DNA of 64,000 nucleotides from Chiloscyllium plagiosum (Eukaryota). Of the stretch, positions 13,601 to 23,860 are shown piece by piece (within the stretch, counting starts at the first letter, position 1; each line of letters opens with the position of its first letter). The position numbers and the translations under genes are program-made. Under the pieces are notes generated by a model that made no database searches, was not told where the DNA came from, and was given only the letters and a program-made list of their open reading frames with translations. The stretch spans positions 20,270,943-20,334,942 of the forward strand of contig NC_057745.1 of NCBI RefSeq assembly GCF_004010195.1, given 5' to 3'.

Positions 13601-16600
13601 CAGTCTAGAAGCCATTCTGGTCTGTTGCTGAAGCCTTTCAATGATTTCTGCTGATCCTGATGCTAATAACATAATAGTTGGAAAAACGGTGATATAAAGT
13701 GCTGAATCTCACCAGAATTGGCTAAATACCAATTTTGGTGAGTGTCATGGTGATGTCCACAAGATCTGGCAATTTTTCTCATGCTCTCTTCCCAACCTGC
13801 CTCATTATTTTGCATCACACCTCTATGGTTTTCTGCTTGTTGTATTCTTCCACTTGTCATAGGTAGCAATACTTACCTGTGCTGGACATCCCAAGATTCC
13901 TATTGCTAATGCTGTATTTAAAGCCCAGCCATGCACTCAGCCAAGTGGTGGCAATTTTGAGCTACCATTCACCATGCACGTAGTGGAAGGGCAAGCAAAA
14001 GTAATGCTTTTCTTAACACATAGATGGTACAGCTGATGCTTCATTGCATTTACAAGTGCATATTCAAACATCTATTGCTATTTAAGAAAAAGCTGCACAG
14101 CTTATCTGTCCTTAGCTTCATTCCAACTTACAGTCCTATCTTAGGCAGTGCTACTCTTTCCCCAATGTCCTTTGTAGCCCAACAGCTTATCATTGTTCAG
14201 TGTGGTTCCTTCACATACAGGAAAGCCTTCAAAAGTTTCACATCATTCACTTTTAATCAGCAATGGTAAAAGCAAACAATAAAACAAGCAGAAGATACAT
14301 TTGCGAATGGCAGCAGTCAGGGATAGCTTGCCCTTCAAGAACCAGCACACCTACAGTCAATGAGTAATCACTGTAACCAGCTCTCAGTTATTGGAACTGG
14401 TGTCAGTTAACCAGTGTGTCTTATTGCACTCGATGCTTCAGTGCTCAATCATGCAGAACGTGATGTTCCTCCTGTGCTATGTCACCATCTTCCTCCTCAT
14501 ATGACTGCTGATAGTCTCCCAGCTCTTCAGAATCCATCATTTTTTGTTTATTCATTCATGGGATTGCCTAGAGGGCATTTAAGAGTCAACCGCGTTGCTG
14601 TGGGTCGAGTCACATGTAGGCCAGACCAGGTAAGGATGGCAGTTTCCTTCCCTTAAGGGTATCAGTGAACCTGATGGGTTTTTCCAACAATCGTCAATGG
14701 ATTCATGGTCTTCATTAGATTCTTAATTCCAGATATTTATTGAATTCAAATTCCACCATCTGCCATGGTTGAACTGGAACCCGGGCCTCAGAACCCTATC
14801 TGGGTCTCTGAATTAACGGTCTGGCAATAATATCACTAGGCCATCACCTCCCCTTGTTGCCTACTCCAGTTGTACAGAATACAGCATCTTGGGATAATGT
14901 GATGTACTCTGTCTGGAGTGAACTGCAATGCCCTTCAACGCTGATCCAAACATTGAATATCTTCCTCTGGAAGTTTTTATCTGCTTCACCATAGTCTTTG
15001 TGGAAGAACAGGCTGCATTGTATTGATGCCCAATTTCAGTCAAGGGGTTGCTTAATGGAGTCATCAGCCAAGGTCACAAAAGTTAGATCTGGTCTCCCAG
15101 TAACCATATTTATAAGGCATCTGGCCCTTGAAACAAAGCAGGAACTACCTAATTCCAAATTTTTATTGAATTAAAATTCCACCAACTGCCATGGGGGGTT
15201 CTGAACCTGAGTCTCCAGAATATTTCCTTGGTTTCTGGATTAATAGCCTAGTGATAATACCACTGTGCCATTGCCTTTCCTCCATTTGCCTTTCTATCTG
15301 CTACCTAATTGGTTGAAACTTACTTTCCACTCAGAATGTAAATGTTACAATTAACCATATTGTCCTTTGAAAACAATGCATGCATCTATGTTAGGTGAAG
15401 TCAGTGATGCCGCAACTCTGTAGCCCTCCATATTCAAATTGTTTATGAACAGGAACTGTTTGGTCTTTCACATAATTATGTGGCACTTGGAAAATTAATT
15501 CAATGATTTGCCTTTTCTATGTATCCTCTGAAAGAAATTCTGGAATATATTACATTGTTGTCGATAATAAAGTAATGACTAACTGCAGTAAGTGATCTTC
15601 ATTTGTGGCAGTCTGTACATTGTTAGCCATGAAGACCTGTTTAATTTCCCTGTAATACACTTCAAATCAGGTTATCATATTGTTCAAATATTATTTTTCT
15701 CTTCCAGCAAGCTCTTTGCATCCGGAGATTATCTTGCAGCAATTAATGCCTATAATTTGGGAATACAATTGAATAATAAACTTCCAGCCCTATATCTGAA
15801 CCGGGCTGCAAGCCACCTTAAACTAAGAAATTTACACAAAGCCATTGAAGACTCCTCCAAGGTTAGTTCATGTTCAGTTTCTGGGAAATTAGTTAATGCT
15901 GATCAATTGAATAAGGCAAAATTAACCATAATTCAGTTTGTGTGCACATTTAAGAACCTTCCTGTGTCCAAGTCACTTTTTGCATCAGGGTCAGTTACAA
16001 AATTAAGGTAAATCATAAAATTCCATCTGTTACAGAACAATATGAAATTATATATTTGTTATGAAGGGATTGGCGTTTGGTTATTTGTCCCACATTTTTA
16101 TTTCTCTGATGTGGAATGCATTGCTTCCTGTGTCAGGGGATAAACAGGGGCCACAATCATTCCCTCTCTTATGCTAGAGCAACTCATTAAATTGAAGGTT
16201 GCAAAATCATCCAGCCAAAATGACAGTATTCTTTTTAAATAGATACGGATTAAATTCTGTGGCAGTCACCGGGACTTGATTTGCTATTTTAATCTGTGGC
16301 CTGAGTGGAAACACTGTGATTGCTAGGTTGGTGCATGATGCTTTAAGTTACTTACTACTCTTGGAATATTTTACACACACTTTTTAAACATAACCTACAG
16401 CTCTTTTTATATTATATCTTTTTACTTGCTTAACTATATATTTTTCCTTTAGGCACTTGATTTGTTAACTCCTGCTGTTCCAGATAATGCAAATGGCAGA
16501 CTGAAAGCCCATGTTCGAAGAGGAACAGCATTTTGTGAGCTGGAACTCTACGTAGAAGGTAAGAGAACTTTTTGATACTTTGTGCACTGAAATTAGGGGA

Positions 16601-18098
16601 TAGTGGTAATTTCACTCGACTAGTAATCCAGAACTCTCGCCTGTTGTTCTGGGGATATGGATTCAAAGTCTATTATGGTAGTTGGTGAAATTTGAATTTG
16701 TTAAAAATATGGAATTAAGAGAAAGCCTTTTTATTGTTCATAAATTATGGTAAATTATAAAACAGACTTTTGGGACTTTCTGGAAGAAAATCTGCCTCTT
16801 TACCTCGTCTGGCTCATGTGTCTCCAGACTCTTGGCAATGTAGTTGGCTCTTAACCGTCCTCTGGATGAGCAATAATTGCTGGTGAAGCCAGCAACATCC
16901 CTATCCCACAAACATATGAAAAAAAATGTAGTAATATATAATTAGCAAATATTAGATATTGGAATTAAAACAGGGCTACACCAGTTTTTCCCTTCCCAAC
17001 TTTTTTCCTCTTTCTCATTCTTTCCTTAATACTGTAATATGTGAAGATTCAAATACCGCACCAGTTAATGAACTCTGAAGTTATTTAGAATTAACTTCAG
17101 GTATGGCAATGTACAGATTAGTGTGTGTTTAAGAATAAATTTTAACCACAGTCAGCAAAACAATAGCATATAGCTATTTCTTTGTGCTTCGCTCTTTCCC
17201 TTATTTTCTCACTTTTCAGGTCATTTATAGAATTATAGAATCCCTAAGCTGTACGGAGAGGCTATTCGGCCCATTGAATTTTCCAGAGTCCTCCAAAGAG
17301 CATCCCAGCCTATTTCCGTAACCTCACGGTGACCACAGCTAACCCAGGACACTATGGGCAATTCATTTTGGCCAATCCACCTAACCTACATATCTTTGGA
17401 CTTTTGGAGGAACCCAGAGCACCTGGAAGAAATCCACATAGACATGGGAGAGCATGCAAATGCCACACAGACAGTCACCCAAGGCTGAAATTGAACCATG
17501 GCCCCTGGCGCTGTGAGGCAGCAGTGCTAACCACTGTACCACCATACCTTTATATGCCCAACATCACAAGGAGTGAGGAGATAAAACTTCATTTTTTCCC
17601 AACTCAACCTGTCCATCTAAACCTTAACAAAGTTATGTTGGAACATGGAGCTATGGGATTTAGCTGTGTGGTTGTCAGTGTTGGTGAACTATGCAATTTG
17701 GCATGTGTTCTAACCAAACTTCATCTCGCCATCATTGAGGGTGAAGAGAAACACACTCAGCAAATGTGCAAAATCTGCAATTGCTTGCTAATCATAATTT
17801 AGAATTCTGATATTTTTTCCTGTTAATAGTCTAGGCACACTGAAGCCAATTATATTTTCCCACTGCTTCTTCAACTGAGATCTTGCAGACCAGTACATTC
17901 TAGTAATTCAATATGAATTTTGTGGTTTACAATCACATCACAGCAGATTTGATTTATTCAAGGGATTATTTAATTTATGGTCTGGCAGGCCTTCAGGATT
18001 TTGAAGCGGCTCTCAAGATTGACCCAAATAACAAGACAATACAAGACGATGCAGAAAAGATACGACGAGTGATTCAAGGAACACCTCCAGACCCCTAA
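1490..18098 (+). CDS. DNAAF4: Dynein axonemal assembly factor 4 (DYX1C1), complete 9-exon CDS: join(1490-1612,3558-3705,3870-4003,7981-8221,10144-10286,11768-11877,15708-15861,16453-16558,17989-18098), 1269 nt, 422 aa
   Basis: All exons are GT-AG bounded with consistent phases. Translation gives an N-terminal CS/p23 domain ([12 protein letters not shown]...[12 protein letters not shown]), a coiled coil, [13 protein letters not shown] and C-terminal TPRs ([15 protein letters not shown]...[30 protein letters not shown]), as in vertebrate DNAAF4. Confidence 0.97.
1843..1882 (-). ncRNA. Minimal type-I hammerhead ribozyme (Penelope-type), core intact
   Basis: Minus strand reads CAGUU-CUGAAGA-A-GGGUC-AAUG-GAUCC-GAAA-CG-UC^-AACUG: 5-bp helix I, 5-bp helix II, palindromic ACGU. 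Confidence 0.8.
1904..2086. mobile_element. Penelope family B fold-back element with a 13-bp TSD, nested in another Penelope pLTR fragment (~1805-2160, -)
   Basis: Inverted arms AAAATCACACAACACCAGGTTATAGTCCAACAGGTTTAATTG; TSD TAGGAAAAGATTG at 1891-1903 and 2087-2099. Confidence 0.85.
2235..2269 (+). ncRNA. Minimal hammerhead, family B, mildly degenerate
   Basis: CAC-CUGAUGA-A-GAAGC-AGU-GCUCC-GAAA-GG-UA^-GUG; one helix II mismatch and palindrome AGCU changed to AGGU. Confidence 0.6.
2505..3515 (-). mobile_element. CR1/HER1 LINE 3' fragment
   Basis: [12 protein letters not shown]...[11 protein letters not shown]...[15 protein letters not shown]. Confidence 0.92.
3558..3705 (+). CDS. DNAAF4: DNAAF4 coding exon 2 (148 nt)
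   Basis: tttaacag|GTG; [45 protein letters not shown]; donor G|gtaagc. Confidence 0.95.
3870..4003 (+). CDS. DNAAF4: DNAAF4 coding exon 3 (134 nt)
   Basis: ctttgatag|; [20 protein letters not shown]...EKTMK; donor AAG|gtaact. Confidence 0.93.
4500..6672 (+). mobile_element. CR1/HER1 LINE, 5'-truncated and decayed
   Basis: RT motifs [16 protein letters not shown] and [11 protein letters not shown]; typical 3' tail. Confidence 0.92.
7267..7904 (-). mobile_element. Probable solo LTR
   Basis: Starts TGTAATGAACC and ends TTGTTAAA (decayed TG..CA inverted ends); ~640 bp; no clear TSD. Confidence 0.5.
7981..8221 (+). CDS. DNAAF4: DNAAF4 coding exon 4 (241 nt)
   Basis: ttgtacag|ATA; [28 protein letters not shown]...; donor G|gtaaac; phase 1 matches the next exon. 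Confidence 0.9.
8930..9248 (-). mobile_element. Second tRNA-derived SINE family (SacSINE1/DeuSINE-like); other copies at ~14545-14852 (-), ~15155-15280 (-), ~16595-16915 (+) and ~57020-57335 (+)
   Basis: Shared core GGTCTGGAGTCACATGTAG..CCAG..AGGTAAGGA and a tRNA-like head. The family name is from recall only. Confidence 0.7.
10144..10286 (+). CDS. DNAAF4: DNAAF4 coding exon 5 (143 nt)
   Basis: ttgcag|; [33 protein letters not shown]; donor GAG|gtttgg. Confidence 0.93.
11053..11694. mobile_element. Penelope family B long fold-back element (~300-bp inverted arms)
   Basis: 11081-~11390 is the reverse complement of ~11410-11694; flanks CTTTGTATAAGTTATGATG and CTTTGTGTAAGTTAAGATG form an imperfect TSD. 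Confidence 0.85.
11621..11655 (+). ncRNA. Minimal hammerhead, family B, core intact, sense to DNAAF4 pre-mRNA
   Basis: UAC-CUGAUGA-A-GGAGU-AGC-ACUCU-GAAA-GC-UA^-GUG; all helix positions pair (including G-U). Confidence 0.75.
11768..11877 (+). CDS. DNAAF4: DNAAF4 coding exon 6 (110 nt)
   Basis: tttacag|TGG; [36 protein letters not shown]; donor AA|gtaagt. Confidence 0.95.
11940..12965 (+). mobile_element. Highly decayed RTE-like LINE RT fragment
   Basis: Remnants resembling GVKQGCxxAPTLF and YADD regions and [12 protein letters not shown]. Confidence 0.5.
15708..15861 (+). CDS. DNAAF4: DNAAF4 coding exon 7 (154 nt)
   Basis: cttccag|C; [51 protein letters not shown] (TPR); donor AAG|gttagt. 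Confidence 0.95.
16453..16558 (+). CDS. DNAAF4: DNAAF4 coding exon 8 (106 nt)
   Basis: cctttag|GCA; [35 protein letters not shown]; donor G|gtaaga. Confidence 0.95.
17228..17545 (-). mobile_element. HE1-type SINE (older copy)
   Basis: GCGCTGTGAGGCAGCAGTGCTAACCACTG is the reverse complement of the SINE head. Confidence 0.8.
17989..18098 (+). CDS. DNAAF4: DNAAF4 coding exon 9 (110 nt, to TAA)
   Basis: tctggcag|GC; [35 protein letters not shown]. Confidence 0.94.
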
Positions 18099-18911
18099 AT
18101 GCAAGGTAAGAAATGTCAAGAATTTAGAGATCTATTCACAGAAAAAAAAGCCCTTCAGCCCATTGTGTGTGCACTGGTCAAAAACAACCACCTAACAATT
18201 CTGTTCCCGTTTACAAGCACTTGGCCCATAGCCTTGTATGCCTTTGCATTGCAAGTGCACATCTAAATATTTACTGACAGTTAGTGTATTTCTGTCTTAC
18301 ACCTTCTGTTGGGACATAAACATTGTTTTCGGAGGGGCAAATAAATCCAAAGCAATAATCCAAATCAGCCTTTGTTCGATTTTCTGAGGAAAATTTGAAG
18401 TTAAATCAGTTTGAACTAAAAGATTTCTAGAGTCCTTGACTAATACTGCAATGAATTAATTAATGGTGCAATTGCATTTCTTTCTTTATGAGAAGCTGAA
18501 GTCTTTTATTCATTTGTGGTACTCCTTTTAGAATTGAGTATATGCCTTCACAGTTATGAGGTTGGAATAGTTAATCGTATGCCTGTTACACAACCATTTT
18601 AGATCTGTTAGAACAGTTGCATTATAAAGTCTTCACCTGCTGAACAGCTCCAGTTAAAACTGCAGCTGGCAGATGTACTCATTCACATGACTTTGGAATG
18701 ACTATATCTCTGCCAAGAAATGTTGTTATTTGAAATTACTCGCTTGAGTCTCCAGTCAACCTTGCATCAACCTTGACTCCATTGTAGTGAAGCTTTATGG
18801 AATAACTCCACATAGGCTGTTATCCACCAAGTCGCCCTTTGTTTACCATGAAGAGTCCTTGGCACTGATTCAGCTCTGTAAAAGCCAGCTGTCAGAGTAA
18901 CAGAATCTCTG

Positions 18912-19304
18912 ACACTCCTGTTTATTTTTTTAAATTTTTTTTTCTTTAGAGTGAACAGAATGTCTGACACACTTTTTTCTTACCCCCACACTACCGCCTA
19001 ACTGCGGTAGTGCTTATTTTTTCCCCAGCACCATGTTGTGTGTGTGCAGGTGTGAGACACAGCGAAAGACACAAAGTGCATGAATCTTTATTCAAATTTC
19101 CACCACCAAGAAGAAAAGAAACACCCGAGTGGCCTGTGATAAGCCGTGTCATTACACTCCTGTTTATTTTTTTTCTCCTAACTGCGGTAGTGCTTATTTT
19201 TTCCCCCAGCACCCATGTTGTATGTGTGCAGGTGTGAACACTCCAGTTTATTTTTTTTTCCTGTTAATTTTTAAAAAAATTAACCCCCACACTACCGCCT
19301 AACT
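18912..19304 (-). mobile_element. Stack of 5'-truncated poly(A) retroposon 3' ends inserted in the Gypsy 3' LTR
   Basis: Recurrent target ACACTCCTGTTTA plus T-tract, then a shared end with hairpin CACTACCGC-ctaact-GCGGTAGTG. Confidence 0.7.
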
Positions 19305-19467
19305 GCCCCAATCAGGGAACTCATTCTATGAGGTTCACCTGGCTGACCTTGTTACTATCACTACATCCCTCCCCCTCTGATTCCAAGGGTATACGTTGGT
19401 TGTTTTTTTTGTCGCTCCTCCTGGATCATTTTCGCACCAGGTCAGGTTCCTCCAACTTTGCCTTGCA

Positions 19468-19787
19468 TTCCTTCTTCAGGAATGAAGAAGGGCCTGTGCC
19501 CGAAACGTCGAATCTCCTGTTCCCTGGTTGCTGCCTGACCTGCTGTGCTGTTCCAGCAATAAAGTTTCAACTGCGGTTTTCATATGGTCAACATTCTTTT
19601 TCAGGACCGTCACAACTGCATGAACTTTATATGTCACTGGACCTGATCTTACATTAGGCAAAAGTGAGAACTGCAGATGCTGAAAACCAGAGTTTAGATA
19701 GAGTGGTGCTGGAAAAGCACAGCAGGTCAGGCAGCATCTGAGGAGCAGGAAAATCGACATTTCGGGCAAAATCCCTTCATCAGGAAT
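19468..19787. mobile_element. Two Penelope family A pLTR fragments in opposite orientation (~19468-19571 +, ~19656-19787 -)
   Basis: Both match the GCCCGAAACGTCGA..CTCCTG..GCTGCCTGACCTGCTG..TTCCAGCA repeat. Confidence 0.75.
19753..19787 (-). ncRNA. Minimal hammerhead, family A, degenerate
   Basis: AUUC-CUGAUGA-A-GGGA-UUUU-GCCC-GAAA-UG-UC^-GAUU; ACGU decayed to AUGU. Confidence 0.55.
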
Positions 19788-20901
19788 ATTCAAGCCCAGT
19801 GCTGAATTTTGCCTGAACCTACGGGCGGCACTGCCTTGTCTTCTTTAAGTAGACGTAACAAGGTTTATTAATATGTTATTATTTCAAATTTACGTCTGTA
19901 AAGATATTGGTAGAACTTCCTGACTTCAAATATGATTGCCAAACCTTCCTTGTCTATCTGGGTATATTTATGTTCTGCATAAACTAAAGTCCTGGATGTA
20001 TATGCCATTGGGTGTTCCCCTCCATTGGGCCACCTATGAGCTAATACTACCCCGATGCTATGTGGGGAGGCATCACATGTTAATACCAGAGCTTGCTTGA
20101 GATGATAGTGTGCCAATACCTTAGAGTATGATAGCTGTTTCCCTTCTCTATGATTATATGACTTGGCTATGCAACCATTTCCAAGGCTGACCCTTTTTTT
20201 AAGAGTTGATGCAAAGGTGCCAGGATGGAGGCCTGGTTATGTATGAAATTTCAGTTAATAGCACATCATCTAGGTAAATGGTGACCTGTGGTAAACCTCA
20301 TAAAACATTCTCCACCATCTGCTGAAAAATTGCACAGGTTGATGATACCCTTAAACAGCAGACTTGTATATTGATACAAATCCTTATGGGTATTAAGTGT
20401 GGCATTTTTCTGGGAATCCTCTTCTGACTGCAATTGCAAGTACACATGGCTTATATCCAGCTTTGTAAAGGATAGCTCCCCTACCAGCTTTGTGTATAAA
20501 TCCTCTATATTTCTCCAGCTGTGAAAAGCAGTTTATCGTTTGTTTAAAATAGCCAGAAAGATGAATCAACCTTCACAATCAGTACAACTGGTGCTGCCCA
20601 TTCCACAAACAGGGCTGGTTTGATGATTCCTTCGCTGTCCAATGTGCTTGTTTATGTCTCTACTTTTGCCCGTAAGGGAAGTGGCACTGGGTGGACCTCT
20701 CAGAATTGTGGAATTGCTTCCTAGTCAATGTGCAAGGTGACTTTGGTGCTTTTGATTGTTCCTAGACTTCCTGAAAAAATCCAGGCATTTAATTAAGATT
20801 TCACTCAGGCTGCCATTTTCTATGCAAAAAATATTGAGCCAATCCAGGTGACTCTTCCTCAACCAATTTTGCCCCATCAAGCTTGGGCCCAAGCATTTTA
20901 C

Positions 20902-21206
20902 CTTTGAGGAGAAAGTGAGGACTGCAGATGCTGGAGATCAGAGCTGAAAATGTGTTGCTGGAAAAGCGCAGCAGGTCAGGCAGCATCCAAGGAGCAGGAG
21001 AAGAGCTTCTGTGCAGAGGAGATGACCTGGGGTGTGCAGTGAGAGAGGGACTCACTGAAATCCTTGTAGAGGGAGGAAGAGAGCTTCTTCAAGGAAGGCA
21101 TCCTTGCAAGGGGTTCCTGAAGAAGGGCTCATGCCCGAAACGTCGATTCTCCTGCTCCTTGGATGCTGCCTGACCTGCTGCGCTTTTCCAGCAACACATT
21201 TTCAGC
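20902..21206. mobile_element. Penelope family A fold-back element with a 14-bp TSD, inserted in Gypsy pol
   Basis: Inverted arms; TSD CCCAAGCATTTTAC at 20888-20901 and 21207-21220. Confidence 0.88.
21112..21149 (+). ncRNA. Minimal hammerhead, family A, core intact
   Basis: GGUUC-CUGAAGA-A-GGGC-UCAU-GCCC-GAAA-CG-UC^-GAUUC. Confidence 0.78.
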
Positions 21207-23019
21207 CCCAAGCATTTTACTACAATCAGTGGTAACTGAACCAGCTGTTTCTCATCAGAGACCAAAGCTGAAGTTGCACCCTTAATATGTAAAGATTCCC
21301 CAGTATAGGTTCTCAGTCAAGCTGAAGTCTTGTGTAAACTTAAGAGTTGGAGTCCAGAGTGAATTTTGTTAAAGACTGGTTCTGTGATCACTGAAACGGC
21401 CACACCAGTATTGACCTCCATTAGAATTGGACGACCATTTAACTAGACATTTTATTTGATTGGTGCTGATTTGGATGTTGCTAAGCAATTTAACTGTTCC
21501 AAACCAGATATAGGTGGTCTTTCCATGGTGTATACTCTCCTGGATACCAGCCTATGAGTTCACTTACTCAATTTAAAGTCTAGTAAGACTCTTTTGCTGT
21601 GTACCAGCAGCAACTACAATGGTTTTCTGGCCTGGATTCTGAAGAAAATTTCAACCATTTGGTCGAGATTTGGCTTTGTTTTGGGGTTTTGCTGTGGGCT
21701 AACCAGAGTCTTTCTGTTCAGGATATGTCCTGAGTGAGGCTGTGCAATTGCCTTTACTCAAGCGATGTTTCCCCCAAACACAGTTGGATGGCAAGAGTGT
21801 CCAATTCCTTCGGAATACTCTGCAACTCACATGCTCCACTTTCTGCATTTTCTAATGACACAGCTAGTTGGAATACCATTTGAAGTCCTCTTGGGCTTCA
21901 GCTAGTGATGCTTTTGCGTGGTTACATCATTCATTCCGCATACCAAACAGTTCCTCAGCATTTCATTAAAGGTTTAAACCAAAGTCATGTGCCTCTGCCA
22001 TCATCTTAACCCAGTCAGAAATCCCAATACAGATTACCCTGGTTCTCAAATCACCCAGTAAAACTGATAGCATCTTAGAGTTAGGGGATGCTGGGGTCAT
22101 AATATTCCTTATCTAAATACGTCAACTCTTGAAAGGTGCCTCAGGAAAGGTTAGGCACCTAATAACTGAAAAAGCTATGGGTCCACAAGCTGTCAGGGAA
22201 ATTACTTGTTGCTTGTCATCTGCCCTAGTGCCATTTGCCTGAAAAGAAACAAGTCTCCGACGGCAGGATTGAATGAGTCAAGTTTTCCAAATAGCAACAT
22301 GATGCCAGAAATGCTTACTCCAGCTCAAAGATGACTGTTGTGAGCCAATTTCTTTAGGAGCATGTTTTTCTCTCATCACTGCTGAAATAACGCCACTTGT
22401 CACCAACTCGCCCATTATTTACATGTGAAGAGTCTTGCCACTAAGCTAGCTCCTTCAGAGCCAGCTGAACAGAATCTCTGACACTTTTTTAAAAAAAATC
22501 TATCTGCCAGGGCTTCCTAATTGGATCTGATTACAGCTCCAATCAGGGAGCTCATATTCTATGAGGTCCACCTGGCTGACCTCATTTCTATCATTACACT
22601 TTACACTTGATTTCCAACTGGACTACCGTGACTGTTCAGTTAGTTTTTCCTAAAAGTGTCTGTGGAGAAGTTAAAGACAAAACCAAGCTTAATTGAAATA
22701 CTCATGATAAAGTAATTGGTGCCAATTAAAGATATAAATCACATTTTATATAGTGGCATATCATGTTCAATACCCAGCAAATGGACAAATGCAACTCATC
22801 TCCAACACATTGAATTCCACATTTCACTGCAACATGATAGACTGCATGTGAACAACCCCTTGGGAAGGTGGAGTTGACAATTTCAATCATTAATCAGTCA
22901 ATTTCAGTGTAATTAACACTGCTTTTTCAATTTTACTGTGGATCTCAAGTGTTTGCGAAACTTCTTCGTGAAAATAGGGTTAATACACAGCAATCAAGGG
23001 ACTGAACACATGACAGGAA

Positions 23020-23860
23020 AACCTGTCCTGAAATCTTACAGCTGATTTCCTGCCTGTTTTGTTACATAGTATTTGTGTTGAGATGCAACTTTGACAACTT
23101 TGGAGGTTTGTTTATCTGATCCTCATTTTTTGAAGCTCCGTACTATCAGATCAACATGTGTGTCCTTTCTACTGCATTATGTTGGACCTCAGATGAGGAC
23201 CAAAATGATTAGCAGCATCAGAAACAGCATTAGCCTGTTTCTCACAGATCTGCAGCTCCACAGGAGCGAGGTTATGAGCAGAAAGATGCAACTCACAGGA
23301 GTACATACTTATTACCACATGGTCCACAGGTAGTGTTTAAACTTCCAGCACATCACAACAGCAGTGTCTCAGCTGGCTGAATATGTTGCATCAGGTAGTG
23401 GCTGACCTTTCAGCTGGCTGGAACTTTATTAGTTGCCAAGTGGACCTGATAATCACTTTTTACCCGAGACGGTCAAAAATCATTATCACCCTCATTGTTT
23501 GCTTCTTGATCCTTCCAAGGCTGTGATGGAGAGATTCATGGTCAGCAACCCATAAATGCATAATGCTGGTGACTGATGATTTGTTTGGCAGGGCAGGCAA
23601 TTATGTCAACTTTGCCCATGATATTGCCGGATAGAATGGGCAAGTACTTTGAGATCCTGACTGAATTTTCACAGGTGCAGTAGATTATTTACTGCATGGG
23701 TGTATTAGTTAATCTACTCAGTATATCCTGGAACATTCATCAATCGCAAGGGCATTTATTCTATCATCTTTTTCTTGGCTCACCCACAATTCCCTACTGG
23801 CAATAAATTAGAGAGCACTTTGCTGCAGATCATAAGAGTGATGTTTATCCAAGGCTAGAA
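23020..23860 (+). mobile_element. Decayed PIF/Harbinger transposase relic
   Basis: TTCATCAATCGCAAGGGCATTTATTCTATC at 23736 translates to FINRKGIYSI, matching the HARBI1-like NRKGxxS motif. Confidence 0.5.

Larger units (their letters stand above)
18798..22598 (-). mobile_element. Decayed Gypsy/Ty3 LTR retrotransposon with both LTRs (18798-19365, 22383-22598); integrase region apparently deleted
   Basis: TG...CA LTRs; 5-bp TSD CTTTA at 18793-18797 and 22599-22603; PPT (tccctccccctct on +) at 19366-19378; decayed PBS near 22371-22382; RNase H LVLTCDASPHSIGVVLAH...YTQIDKEGLAIIF in ORF 19868-20116; gag, protease and RT remnants. Confidence 0.9.

Noticed and set aside
18960-19305. CRISPR-like repeat array
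   Set aside because: Vertebrate DNA, irregular unit lengths and poly(T) tracts indicate retroposon ends.
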